Source: Candidatus Sericytochromatia bacterium
GTDB lineage: Bacteria > Cyanobacteriota > Sericytochromatia > S15B-MN24 > JAQBPE01
NCBI GenBank assembly: GCA_035285125.1
Contig: JAYKHR010000056.1
Coordinates: 1-48,290 of the forward strand
Direction: 5' to 3'
Length of the DNA: 48,290 bases
The notes beneath the pieces were generated by a model, which ran no database searches, was not told where the DNA came from, and saw only the letters and a list, made by a program, of their open reading frames with translations. The translations under genes and the position numbers were made by a program. Shown here piece by piece: positions 35,826 to 45,665 of this stretch (positions within the stretch are counted from its first letter, which is position 1; every line of letters starts with the position of its first letter).

Positions 35826-38078
35826 TCACTCGGGCATCGGCACGGTGATCACCCGGCGCATGTCGGTGCTCAGCAGCGCGAGGCTGCCAGCCCGCGTGCG
35901 CGTCATCGCGAGCGCCGGGAAGTCCTTCAGCGCCGGATCCGCGACCTCCGCGAGCTTCCCGTCAGCGGCGACCCGGTGCAGCCGGCGGCCGATCAGGACC
36001 AGGGCCGTGCCGCGGTCGTTGATGGCGAGGTCCTGAGGCCAGAGGTTCTGGTGTGGGGCCAGATCGACGGGGTGGTGCTGCCACGTGGTGCCGTCGGGCT
36101 GCAGCGTCCAGAGCCGGTTCTCGTAGGCGTCGTCGCCGCTCGCCTCGCGCTGGCGATCGCCGAAGACGTGCAGCCGCGGGGCCGCCCCCGGCCCGATCGC
36201 CAGCTGCTGGTAGCTCAGGGGCTCTCCGCCGGGCTCCGCCAGGTCCGGCAGCTGGATCGTGGTCACGGTGGCGTCGGGCGTGACCTTGCGCACGCTCCAG
36301 TCCTTCCCGTTGGCCACCTGGATGTACTGCAGCACATAGACCGTGCCCTGGTCGTCCCGCCGGAGGTCCCAGATGACGCCGAAGCCAGCCGCCGGCCCCC
36401 GCCCGTCCTGGGTGGCGCGGGAGGCGCTGGAGCCCGCGAAGCCGCTGAGCTGCTGGTCCGGCCCGAGCCGCACCAGGCGCTCCCGATCGCCCGTCAGCCA
36501 GCCCCCCTGGCCGTCCGAGACGAGCCCCGGCAGGCTCGCGTCGCCTGCCAGGTCGATCGTGCCACGCAGGTCGAGGACGCCGCGCTCCCGGGTGCCGTCC
36601 AGGCGCAGCACCAGCTGCCCGATTGCGGCGACGTAGCCGTCGTCTGCCTCGGCCAGGTAGGTCGTCGGCTCGGCGTACTCCCCGGGCACCTCCAGCTCGA
36701 CGGAGCCCGTCACGTTGCCGGTGGTCGCGAGCACCTTGCCGTACCCGACGGCGAGCCCCCTGACCAGCCCCGAGCTGTCCACGGACACCGCGCTCCCCTC
36801 TGCCCGCCACGTCACCTCGGGCGTCGGCAGGGGCTGCCCCTGGGGGTCCAGCGCCTCGAGCCACAGGCGCGCGACGCTCTGCACCCCCACCTGTGGGCCG
36901 GCCGCGGTGACGCGGAGCGTGGCGACACGCCGGAACGACGCCGGCAGGCTGGCGACGCCCCCGACCGTCACCACCACGCCCTCGTTGCCCCCCCGGTCGG
37001 GCACCACGCACGTGATGGCGTCGCCCTCGCGCACGGGGTTGCTGACGGGGACGCCGCCAATCGTCACGCTGAAGGTCTCGCCCCGCGCCGCGCCGAAGCC
37101 GGTGCCGCGCACCACGAGGCGGGAGCCTGCGGCCGCCACCGGCGCTGACACGCCCGTGATCGTGGGCCGGGAGGCCTGCAGCGTCAGGGTGGGGGGGGTG
37201 ACGGTCCCGCCTGCCGGCACGTCGACGACCGTGCTGGCGAGCCCCACGCCCTGGCGTTCCGCGAGCAGGGGGAGCATGCCCGCCGGGACGCCCGTGATGG
37301 TGAAGCTGCCGTCGCTGGCCGCCTTCGCGCTGTAGCTGGTGCCCGGGATGAAGACCTCGACGCCGAGCAGGTCCGTCACGCCAGAGCCCGGGGGCGGGGC
37401 GACCATGCCGGACACCGTGCCCGGGCGCTCGAGCGCCAGGGACACCTCGCGCGCGGTGGCCACGTCCATCTGCAGGGCCTTGAGCCCGGAGGCGCCCACC
37501 GCCTCGACGTTGTAGCGCCCCTCCGCGTCGGGCAACTGCACCCTGAACCGCCCCGTGGCGTCGGTGACCCCCGTGGGCTGCTCCGCCTGGAGCAGGGCCC
37601 GGCGAGGGCCCGCGAGCGTTGCCGCGGCCCGCAGCCCGCTTGCGCGGTTCGCGACCACCGAGCCCCCGTCGATGCCGATCAGGCCGCTGCCCCGGTCCGA
37701 GACGAGGCTGCCCCCGTCGATGCCGATCAGCGAGCCTCCGTCGATCCCGATCAGCCGGGCGTCTGCCCGGTAGACCGTCACACGGGCCCCGGCCGCGGGC
37801 TTGCCGTCAGGCGAGACCACCCGCCCCGTCAGCGTGAGGCCGGCAGCCGGCAGCGGCCGCTGCGAGGCCTGCGCGGCGGGTCGCTCGGCGGGGGGCGTGC
37901 CGTTCGGCGTGGCGCGGAGGTCCCCCGGCGTCGTGGTGGGGGCCGGGGAGCCACCGCGAGCCGGCTTCTGGGGCTCTAGCGAGAGGCGGGAGCCCGGGGC
38001 CGCCACGCAGGCCGACAGTGCCGCCGCGAGGGCCAGCGGCAGCCAGCGAGGGGGGCGGCAGGTGGCGCTGGGGGTCAT
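35826..38078 (-). CDS. Multidomain lipoprotein: LIGIDGGS repeats, carboxypeptidase-regulatory-like, IPT/TIG, Ig-like and degenerate NHL-like regions
   Basis: AAGGAG RBS, LSAC lipobox, VFIPGTSY, PTITGVS...GTGFG, VDSSGLVRG, QDGRGPAAGF. Confidence 0.75.
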   Translation of the reverse strand: MTPSATCRPPRWLPLALAAALSACVAAPGSRLSLEPQKPARGGSPAPTTTPGDLRATPNGTPPAERPAAQASQRPLPAAGLTLTGRVVSPDGKPAAGARVTVYRADARLIGIDGGSLIGIDGGSLVSDRGSGLIGIDGGSVVANRASGLRAAATLAGPRRALLQAEQPTGVTDATGRFRVQLPDAEGRYNVEAVGASGLKALQMDVATAREVSLALERPGTVSGMVAPPPGSGVTDLLGVEVFIPGTSYSAKAASDGSFTITGVPAGMLPLLAERQGVGLASTVVDVPAGGTVTPPTLTLQASRPTITGVSAPVAAAGSRLVVRGTGFGAARGETFSVTIGGVPVSNPVREGDAITCVVPDRGGNEGVVVTVGGVASLPASFRRVATLRVTAAGPQVGVQSVARLWLEALDPQGQPLPTPEVTWRAEGSAVSVDSSGLVRGLAVGYGKVLATTGNVTGSVELEVPGEYAEPTTYLAEADDGYVAAIGQLVLRLDGTRERGVLDLRGTIDLAGDASLPGLVSDGQGGWLTGDRERLVRLGPDQQLSGFAGSSASRATQDGRGPAAGFGVIWDLRRDDQGTVYVLQYIQVANGKDWSVRKVTPDATVTTIQLPDLAEPGGEPLSYQQLAIGPGAAPRLHVFGDRQREASGDDAYENRLWTLQPDGTTWQHHPVDLAPHQNLWPQDLAINDRGTALVLIGRRLHRVAADGKLAEVADPALKDFPALAMTRTRAGSLALLSTDMRRVITVPMPE
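37635..37754 (-). repeat. 5 x 8-aa repeat (LIGIDGGS x3, LVSDRGSG, VVANRASG)
   Basis: 24-bp period seen directly. Confidence 0.9.
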
Positions 38079-38176
38079 GGTGGCTCCTTCGGGGGCGATC
38101 GATCCGAGGGCAGCCTACCCAGGATGCTCACACAACCCACGCCGCGGGTATGGGCCCTGTTGGCAGGGCGTGGGCG

Positions 38177-38580
38177 ATGGCCAGACGCGGGTTCGGGTGG
38201 TTGCTGGCCCTGGTGGCCGGGGGCTGGGGCTCGCCCTGCCCGGGGGCGACTTGGAGGTCTCGACGGAGGCGCTGAGGCTCTTCTTGCCGCCCCTCGGCAC
38301 CCGCACGTGGCAGCCCGCCGAGGAGGCGGCCGCCCCCCCCGCCGATCCGCGAGGCCCTGAGGCGCGAGCGCAGGCCCATCACCGAGGAGGTTAACGCGCT
38401 GCGGGCCAAGACCCCCTACCACGTGCGGCTGGTGCGGGAGACCTCGCTCGCGCCGCCGCTGGGCGACGAGGATCCCCGCGCGAGCTTGCCCACCTGGCCT
38501 GGTGGGTCTCCGACCGGCCCTTCGCCGGTGGCCGGCCCGACAGGCCGTTGAGCCCGCTGGGGCGGCTGCGCACGTACTGA
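38177..38580 (+). pseudogene. Possible frameshifted gene remnant
   Basis: Coding-like segments alternate between two frames near G5, C8 and C4 runs. Confidence 0.3.
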
Positions 38581-38617
38581 CGCGCGCCCGGCGTGAGCCG
38601 GGCCCGGGCCGGGTATC

Positions 38618-39220
38618 TTGGAGCCGGAGGCCACCCCGATTCCCGAGTCGCTTCGCACCCGCCTGCTGCGCTGGCTGTTCAACGCCTTTCCGGCCTATCG
38701 CGGCACGGGCGGGCGCATCACCCACATCGCGGCCGACTTCTCGGAGGTGCGCGTCCGGCTGCCGCTGAGCTGGCGGACCTACAACTACCACGGCACCATC
38801 TTCGGCGGCAGCATGTACGGGGCGGTGGACCCCATCCACGCCATCATGCTCATCCACCGCCTCGGGGCGGGCCACGAGGTCTGGGTCAAGGCCGCCACCG
38901 TGCGGTTCCTGAAGCCGGGACGCACGAACCTGGAGGCCCGCTTCACCCTCGACGACGCCGAGGTGGCCGCCGTGCGGGCGCTGGCGGCAGAGGCCGGCGC
39001 GCTGGAGCGGGGCTACGAGGTGGCGCTGGTGGATGCGGCCGGCGTGCCCCACGGCCATATCGCCGTCACCTTGCACGTGCGCCGGCGGCCCGAGCCGCAG
39101 GCAGGCCGCCCGCCTGCCTGGCCCGCTCGGCTGAGCGGCTGGCTGCTGGGCGGGGGCGCCCCGGGGGCTGCCCCACCGAGCGCCCCGGAGCCTGAAACGC
39201 CGCGATCCGGCGCGGTTTAA
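38618..39220 (+). CDS. Hotdog-fold thioesterase (DUF4442-like)
   Basis: FPAYRGTGG, NYHGTIFGGSMY, DP, FLKPG. Start uncertain. Confidence 0.82.
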   Translation: MEPEATPIPESLRTRLLRWLFNAFPAYRGTGGRITHIAADFSEVRVRLPLSWRTYNYHGTIFGGSMYGAVDPIHAIMLIHRLGAGHEVWVKAATVRFLKPGRTNLEARFTLDDAEVAAVRALAAEAGALERGYEVALVDAAGVPHGHIAVTLHVRRRPEPQAGRPPAWPARLSGWLLGGGAPGAAPPSAPEPETPRSGAV

Positions 39221-39262
39221 GCTTTCCTGAAGCTCGGTAGCCCGCGCCATTGGCGGGGAACA

Positions 39263-40099
39263 ATGAAATCAAGAGCGGAGGATGCCCGCATGACGCGACA
39301 ATGGCTGTCGTCGTTGCGAGGGGCCGGGGTCCTGCCGACCGCGTGGCCGCGCCATGGCCGGGCGGGCCGGTGGGCGGCTGGCCTCTGCCTGGCCCTGGTC
39401 GGCCTCGGCCCCTGGGGCGGGGCCGGGCCCGCGGCGTGGGCGTCCTCGCTGCCCGCCGCGGGGGGGATCCCGGCGGGGCGCGCGGGCACCGCCGATGCCC
39501 CCCGGCTGCTGGGCGACCTCTCCGCAGCGGCGTGGGCCACCTGGGAGAACACCACGCACTTTCCCTGGGAGCCCAGGAACGTCTACACCCGCCTCGACAC
39601 GCCACAGGGACCCGTTGTGCGCGTCGACAGCCAGGGGGCGGCCTCGATGCTGCTGCGGCATGTGACGCTCGACGTGGCGCGAGAGCCCATCGTCACGTGG
39701 CGGTGGCGGATCGCAGCCCCGATGCGCGGCGCCGACGAGTCGGACCGCAGCCGCGACGACTGCGCGGCGCGCGTCCACTTCATGTGGGGCCTGCGCTCGC
39801 GGGCCGACATTCTCTCGGCCACCGGGCTCGCCTACGTCTGGGGGCGGGCGCGGCGCGAGGGGGCGATGGCGCCCTCCCCGTTCACGGGGCAGGTCGGCGT
39901 GTTCACGCTGCGCAGCGGCGAGCGCGGGGCCGGGGCCTGGCAGACCGAGCGTCGGGACCTCGATGCCGACTACCGGGCCTTCTTCAAGCAGGCGCCGCCG
40001 GGCCCCGTCACGGCCGTCGTGCTGCTGACGGACACGGACCAGACCAAGGTCAGCGCGACGGCGTGGTATGGCCCCGTCTGGGCCGGCGCGCGTCGCTGA
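39263..40099 (+). CDS. DUF3047-like exported protein
   Basis: WRWR, DDCAARV, YVW, WQTERRDL..DY, TDTD. Start may be 39290. Confidence 0.75.
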   Translation: MKSRAEDARMTRQWLSSLRGAGVLPTAWPRHGRAGRWAAGLCLALVGLGPWGGAGPAAWASSLPAAGGIPAGRAGTADAPRLLGDLSAAAWATWENTTHFPWEPRNVYTRLDTPQGPVVRVDSQGAASMLLRHVTLDVAREPIVTWRWRIAAPMRGADESDRSRDDCAARVHFMWGLRSRADILSATGLAYVWGRARREGAMAPSPFTGQVGVFTLRSGERGAGAWQTERRDLDADYRAFFKQAPPGPVTAVVLLTDTDQTKVSATAWYGPVWAGARR

Positions 40100-40351
40100 C
40101 CGGGCGAGCGCGCGTCGCTGCGCGTCGTGGAGAGCCTTCGTCCAGCCTGTCCACGACGCGGCCGCTCCGGTGCCTTAGGGTGACGCGGGAGGGGTGGAAC
40201 GCCCGCCTCTCGCGTGACCGGAGGACTACCGAAAGCATGCTGGACGTGTCGGCACCATGTTGCTCGTGGCCACAGCTTCGCCCGCCCGTGGCGGACAAGT
40301 GGTGACGGGGGCCCTGTGGCCGCGCCGGCTCAGTCGAGAGGAGGAAGGCAG

Positions 40352-40888
40352 ATGAGAGGACCTTGCTGGTTGATCACCGTGGCCGCGCTGGCCTGCACGG
40401 CTTGTGCGGCCCCACCGGGCCTGTCGGGCCCCGCGGCGGCCCGCCTGCTCGCCATCGAGGCATCGCTTCCTGACGGTGAGGGCAGCGGCGGAGAGGCCGT
40501 CGAGGCGTCGCCGCCAGAGGGTGAGGGCTCGGGAGATGAGGTGCCCGTGGCCCTGGAAGGCACGGGCGGCGAGGCCGGGGAGCCCCCCAAGGAGGTCGTC
40601 GTCATCAAACTCGGGCCGGACGAGAGCGCTCCCTCGCCAGAGGGTGAGCCGAAGCCCGAGCCGATCGCCGAGCCCACCTGGGAGGACCTGTACGGCCCGA
40701 CGCCGGAGCCCAGGCCGGGCGGCTGGACCCCCGAGCCCGAGTGGCGCGAGCTCTCGGCCTCGACCACCGGGGCCGGCGAGGGCCTGGCAGACGATGCGGC
40801 GTCGGGGCCACAGGCGACGGCGGCGATGCAACCCCCGCGCTGCACCCCCCGCCCGACGTGCATCCCGGGGGTCCGCCACCGGCGCTGA
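40352..40888 (+). CDS. Acidic Pro/Glu/Gly-rich hypothetical lipoprotein
   Basis: GGAGGAAGG RBS, CTAC lipobox, GEGSGxE repeats. Confidence 0.55.
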   Translation: MRGPCWLITVAALACTACAAPPGLSGPAAARLLAIEASLPDGEGSGGEAVEASPPEGEGSGDEVPVALEGTGGEAGEPPKEVVVIKLGPDESAPSPEGEPKPEPIAEPTWEDLYGPTPEPRPGGWTPEPEWRELSASTTGAGEGLADDAASGPQATAAMQPPRCTPRPTCIPGVRHRR

Positions 40889-40910
40889 GCGGCGAGACCC
40901 GGCGCGCGCC

Positions 40911-43037
40911 TCAGCGCGCCCGGGCCAGCTCGGACAGCACGAAGGCGTACTCCTCGGCCGTCTCCCGCAGGGCCTCGTACCTGCCGGAGCGGCCGCCGTG
41001 GCCGGCCTCCATGTTGACCTTGAACAGCAGCGGGTTCGGGTCCGTCTTGTGGGTCCGCAGCTTGGCGACCCACTTGGCGGGCTCGAAGTACTGCACCTGC
41101 GAGTCGTGCAGCCCCGTGGTGACGAGCATCGCCGGGTAGGCCTGGCGCCTGACCTGGTCGTAAGGGGAGTAGCTCAGGATGTAGTCGTGGTAGGCCTTCT
41201 CGGCGGGGTTGCCCCACTCGTCGTACTCGTTCGTCGTCAGCGGGATCGAGGGGTCGAGCATCGTCGTGACGGCGTCGACGAAGGGCACGTGCGCGATGAT
41301 GGCGCGGTAGCGCTCCGGCGCCATGTTCGCCACGCCGCCCATCAGCAGGCCGCCCGCGCTGCCGCCCATCGCGAAGACCTTGTCGGGCGCGGCGTAGCCC
41401 TGCGCCACGAGGTGGGCCGTGACGTCGATGAAGTCGTGGAAGGAGTTCAGCTTGCGCAGCAGCTTGCCGTCCTCGTACCACTGGCGGCCGAGCTCCTGGC
41501 CGCCGCGGATGTGGGCGATCGCGTAGACGAAGCCCCGGTCGACCAGCGACAGCACGCTGGCGCTGAAGTCCGGGCTGATCGACGCGCCGTAGGCCCCGTA
41601 GCCGTACTGGTACAGGGGCGCCGTGCCGTTGCGGACGAAGCCCTTGCGGTACAGCAGCGTGACGGGCACGCGGGTGCCGTCGCGGGCCGGCACCCAGACG
41701 CGCTCCGTCACGTAGTGGCGCTGGTCGAAGCCGCCCCCCACGCGCTGCTGCTTGAGCAGCTTGCGCGCCCCGGTCGCCATGTCGGTCTCCCAGATCTGGG
41801 TGGGCGTGGTGGGCGACGCGTACTGCCAGCGCAGCTTGGTGGTGTCCTGGCTGGGGTTCTTGTCCGTGGCGGCCACATAGACGGGCTCGCCCGAGCTCAG
41901 CCAGCGGGCCTGCGAGAGGTCGCGCCACGGCATCACCCGCACGCGCTCCAGCGCCTCGCTGCGCTCGTTGATCACGAGGTGGTCGCGGAACGGGACGAAC
42001 GACTCGAGGAAGACCTTGGGGTCGTGGGCCAGCAGCGGCTGCCAGCGGGCCCGGTCGCCGAGCTGGCCGTCGGCGACCGTCATCAGGCGGTAGTTGGGGG
42101 CTTGCCAGTCGGTGCGGACGATCCAGCGCTGGCGGTGGCGCTCCACGTCGTACTGCACGTCCCGCTCGCGGGGGGCCACCACCTGGAAGTGCTCGCGGCG
42201 ATCGCCCGCGGCCAGCACGTGGACCTCGCTGGACACCGTGCTGCTGAGCCCGAGTACCACGTGGCTGTCGTCCATCGTGGTGCCGACGCCCATGTAAAAG
42301 CTCTCGTCCCGCTCCCGGTACAGCACGGGGTCCTCGGCGACGGGCCGCCCGAGCGTGTGGCGGCGCAGGGTGTTGCCGAGCAGGGTCTGGCGGTCCTTCT
42401 CGATCCAGAACAGGCGCCGGCTGTCGGCGCCCCACGCCAGCGAGGCCTCGGCGTTGGGGAGCGCGTCCGGCAGGTCCTTGCCCGTGCGCAGGTCGCGAAT
42501 GCGGATGGCCTGGATGCGTCGGCCGCTGAAGTCGACGGCGTAGGCCAGCAGCCGCTGGTCGGGGCTGACGGCCCAGTTGGACACCTGGCAGAAGCCGTGG
42601 CCCTTGGCGAGCACGTTCACGTCCAGCAGGACCTGCTCGCGCCCGCCCGCGCGAGGCCGACGGGCGTAGATGGGGTGCTGCTTGCCCTTTTCGTAGCGGC
42701 GGTAGTAGGCGAAGTCGCCCTTCACCCACGGCACGGTGCTGTCGTCCTGCTGGAGGCGCCCCACGAGCTCGCGGTTCAGCGTCTCCGTCAGCGCCGCCCA
42801 CCGGCCGGCGTGCTGCGCGTACCAGGCGTTCTCGGCCTGCAGGTGGGCCAGCACCTCGGGGGCCTCGCGCCGGTCGTCGCGCAGCCAGTAGTAAGGGTCC
42901 GGCCGCGCGCCGTGGGGGCTGTTCACCCAGTGGGGCTTCTGGGCGGCCTGGGGTGGGGCCTCCAGCGCAGCCAGCGCGGCGTCGGGCGTCGCGCCGGCCA
43001 GCGCGCAGGCCAGGGCAAGGCGGAAGGGTGTTGCCAT
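40911..43037 (-). CDS. ptrB: Oligopeptidase B (S9A), with signal peptide
   Basis: DPYYWLR, YGYGAYG, GGSAGG, EYDEWGNP, HDSQV, GHGG. GGAGG RBS. Confidence 0.93.
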   Translation of the reverse strand: MATPFRLALACALAGATPDAALAALEAPPQAAQKPHWVNSPHGARPDPYYWLRDDRREAPEVLAHLQAENAWYAQHAGRWAALTETLNRELVGRLQQDDSTVPWVKGDFAYYRRYEKGKQHPIYARRPRAGGREQVLLDVNVLAKGHGFCQVSNWAVSPDQRLLAYAVDFSGRRIQAIRIRDLRTGKDLPDALPNAEASLAWGADSRRLFWIEKDRQTLLGNTLRRHTLGRPVAEDPVLYRERDESFYMGVGTTMDDSHVVLGLSSTVSSEVHVLAAGDRREHFQVVAPRERDVQYDVERHRQRWIVRTDWQAPNYRLMTVADGQLGDRARWQPLLAHDPKVFLESFVPFRDHLVINERSEALERVRVMPWRDLSQARWLSSGEPVYVAATDKNPSQDTTKLRWQYASPTTPTQIWETDMATGARKLLKQQRVGGGFDQRHYVTERVWVPARDGTRVPVTLLYRKGFVRNGTAPLYQYGYGAYGASISPDFSASVLSLVDRGFVYAIAHIRGGQELGRQWYEDGKLLRKLNSFHDFIDVTAHLVAQGYAAPDKVFAMGGSAGGLLMGGVANMAPERYRAIIAHVPFVDAVTTMLDPSIPLTTNEYDEWGNPAEKAYHDYILSYSPYDQVRRQAYPAMLVTTGLHDSQVQYFEPAKWVAKLRTHKTDPNPLLFKVNMEAGHGGRSGRYEALRETAEEYAFVLSELARAR

Positions 43038-43353
43038 TGGGGCACCTCCATCGGGCGGGCAGCGGCTTGTAGCGGCATCGTAGCCTGCCTGTCGCCCGCT
43101 GGCCAGCACGGGGCCTTGCCCCGCGGCCTCACCGACGGGCACGGGCCCGCCAGGGACGGCGGCGGCTCCACACAATGGCGGGGCGCTCCCCACGGCGGAC
43201 GTCTCGCCCTCCGACGCGGGTGCCGGTGCCCCAGTTCAGGGTTGCTACTTAGGCTAAAATTCGGTATGGTAATTTGTATGGTTGCGGTCCAGTTTCTATT
43301 GTTTGGATGGATGTAGGCCGTATGGTTGTCTTTTGTCCAACGTCCTGCTGCTC

Positions 43354-44568
43354 GTGAGTCCTCCGGATCAGGGCGAGGCCACGCCGCTGTCGGTAGCTCG
43401 GCTTCAGGTCGGCAATGGCGGCGAGGTCCCTCAACCGGACCGACCCCAGCTTCGGGCAGGGCGTGGCTGCCTGCTCGGCCCGGTGGTGCAGGCCTTCCCC
43501 GGGGCCCTCGCGGTGTTCGACGATCAGAGGCGCTACCTTGCCGCCAGCGAGCGCTGGCGGCGAGACTTCGGCCTCGGCGGTCCCGTGCTGGCGGGCCAAG
43601 AGGTGTCCCCCGCCTTCCTGCCCGCCTGGCGCGAGGTCCATGCGGCGGCGCTCAGGGGCCACACGACCCAACGCGAGGACGACGTCTACGAACGCACGGA
43701 CGGCGCCGTGAGGCGCGTGAGCTGGACCGTCGCACCCTGGCGAACGAATGACGGGGCCATCGCCGGCGTGCTGATCCACGCCGAGGACGTGACGCAGAGG
43801 CGCCAGCTGCAGGACCAGCGGCGGGCCCGGCAGGAGCAGCACGAGGAGCAGCGGCACCGCCAGACGCTCGAGCGGCTGCACGGGCAGTTCGTCGACGCCG
43901 TGACGCACGAGCTGCGCACGCCGCTGGCGGCCATCGTGGGCTGCGCCGAGCTGCTCGAGGATCAGGCGGGCGGGGTGCTCACGCTGGCGGGCCTCGCGAT
44001 GGTCTCCGAGATCCAGGGGGCAGCCCGCCGCCTGGAGGTGCTCCTCGACGACCTGATCGATTTCACCCGGATGGAGGCGGGCACCTTTCAGCTCGACCTC
44101 CAGCCCGTCGAGTTGCGGCACCTCATCGCCGAGGTGGTCCTGGGCTTCGACCACCAGGCCGCGCAGGCCGGCGTCGCGGTGAAGGTGAGCACGGGCCCCG
44201 ATGAGGCGATGGTGGTGGCCGACCACCGCCGGCTGCGCCAGGTGCTCGGCCACCTCCTCCACAACGCGCTGAAGTTCTCGCCGCGCGGCGCCCTGGTCCA
44301 CGTCACGCTTCGCGTCGAGGCGGAGGCCGTGGTCTGCGAGGTCTCGGACGCTGGCGAGGGCGTCACCCCGGCCCGTCAGGCGCGCCTGTTCGAGCGCTTC
44401 ACCCAGCTCGAGGGGGGGCAGCGCCAGGGGAAGGGGCTCGGGCTAGGCCTCTACGTGTGCCGGACGCTCCTCGAAGCCCACTGCGGCACCATCGGCGTCA
44501 GGTCTCAGCCCGGTGAGGGCGCGACCTTCTGGCTGCGGGTGCCCAGGCTCCTGGCGGACGAGACCTGA
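43354..44568 (+). CDS. PAS-domain sensor histidine kinase
   Basis: THELRTPL, NALKFS, DAGEG, GLGLGL, PAC-like EDVT. Start uncertain. Confidence 0.88.
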   Translation: MSPPDQGEATPLSVARLQVGNGGEVPQPDRPQLRAGRGCLLGPVVQAFPGALAVFDDQRRYLAASERWRRDFGLGGPVLAGQEVSPAFLPAWREVHAAALRGHTTQREDDVYERTDGAVRRVSWTVAPWRTNDGAIAGVLIHAEDVTQRRQLQDQRRARQEQHEEQRHRQTLERLHGQFVDAVTHELRTPLAAIVGCAELLEDQAGGVLTLAGLAMVSEIQGAARRLEVLLDDLIDFTRMEAGTFQLDLQPVELRHLIAEVVLGFDHQAAQAGVAVKVSTGPDEAMVVADHRRLRQVLGHLLHNALKFSPRGALVHVTLRVEAEAVVCEVSDAGEGVTPARQARLFERFTQLEGGQRQGKGLGLGLYVCRTLLEAHCGTIGVRSQPGEGATFWLRVPRLLADET

Positions 44569-44599
44569 GGAATTCCGCGCCAAGATCTGCCTCTGAGCC

Positions 44600-45553
44600 T
44601 CACTCGTCCCAGAGGTTTGCCAGGGTGTAGGGGCTGCCCGGGGGCGTCCAGACGTCACCCGAGATGTAACGCGCGTGCCGATCCAGCCCGGCCAGGGCGG
44701 CCATGTCGGCTGCCGTTAGCTGCACCGCCTGGGCCTGCAGGTTCTCGGCGAGCCGGGTGGGGCTCACGGATTTCGGGATGGCCGAGACGCCGCGCTGCAG
44801 GCTCCAGGCCAGCAGGACCTGGGCGGGTGAGGCCCCTCGCTGAACCGCGATGCCCCGCACGACGGGGTCCTCGAGCAGCACGGGCGCCGCGTCGGCCTGC
44901 TGCCGCCCCGGCCGATCCGGCGAGCCCAGCGGCGAGTAGGCCGTGAGGTGCACGCCGTGGGCCTCGCACCAGGCCACCAGGCCCGGCTGCTGCAGGTAGG
45001 GGTGCATCTCGACCTGGTTCACCTCCGGCAGGCTGCGCGCCTGGCCGGCAAGGGCCGCGAGCTTGGTGGCGCTGAGGTTGCTCACGCCGATGTGGCGGCA
45101 CAGCCCCGCCTCGCGCACGGCCTCCATCGCCGCCCAGGTGTCGGCCAGCGGGCAGGCCTCCAGGGGCAGGAACTCCTCTGCCGACTGTGGGAAGAGCACG
45201 CCGGGCCGGAAGATGACGGGCCAGTGGATCAAGAACAGGTCCAGCTGCTCGACGCGCAGGTCTCGCAGCGTCTGGCGCAGCGCCGGCTCCACCGCCTCGG
45301 GGGTGTGGGCGTTGTTCCAGAGCTTGCTCGTCAGCCAGACCTCCTCGCGCCGCACGGTGCCGGCCGCGATGGCGCCCTCAAGCGCCTCGCCCACCTCGGG
45401 CTCGTTGCCGTAGATGGGGGCGCAGTCCAGGTGCCGCCAGCCCAGCGCGAGGGCCTCCGCGACGGCCGCGCCGACCTCGCCGGGCCTGGACTTCCAGGTG
45501 CCGAGGCCGAGCAAGGGCATGCGATCGCCGTTGGGGAACGTCAGGTGCGTCAT
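44600..45553 (-). CDS. Aldo/keto reductase
   Basis: GLGTWK, DCAPIYGNE, SKLW, LIHWP, IGVSN, NQVEMHP, IPKS. Confidence 0.96.
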   Translation of the reverse strand: MTHLTFPNGDRMPLLGLGTWKSRPGEVGAAVAEALALGWRHLDCAPIYGNEPEVGEALEGAIAAGTVRREEVWLTSKLWNNAHTPEAVEPALRQTLRDLRVEQLDLFLIHWPVIFRPGVLFPQSAEEFLPLEACPLADTWAAMEAVREAGLCRHIGVSNLSATKLAALAGQARSLPEVNQVEMHPYLQQPGLVAWCEAHGVHLTAYSPLGSPDRPGRQQADAAPVLLEDPVVRGIAVQRGASPAQVLLAWSLQRGVSAIPKSVSPTRLAENLQAQAVQLTAADMAALAGLDRHARYISGDVWTPPGSPYTLANLWDE

Positions 45554-45665
45554 CGGGTGATCCTCCAAGGGGGCATGCTCCCACGCGACGGGCCGTCGCG
45601 CCAGGCTTGCTTCCGGCGCGACGGTGCTGGGGGGCCGCCTCGGCAGCGATGCCCCCCACCGGCCT

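Noticed and set aside
40330..43316. Long ORFs of 970 and 823 aa overlapping ptrB, and similar Arg/Pro/Ala-rich ORFs elsewhere
   Set aside because: Shadow frames typical of high-GC DNA, with no recognisable motifs.
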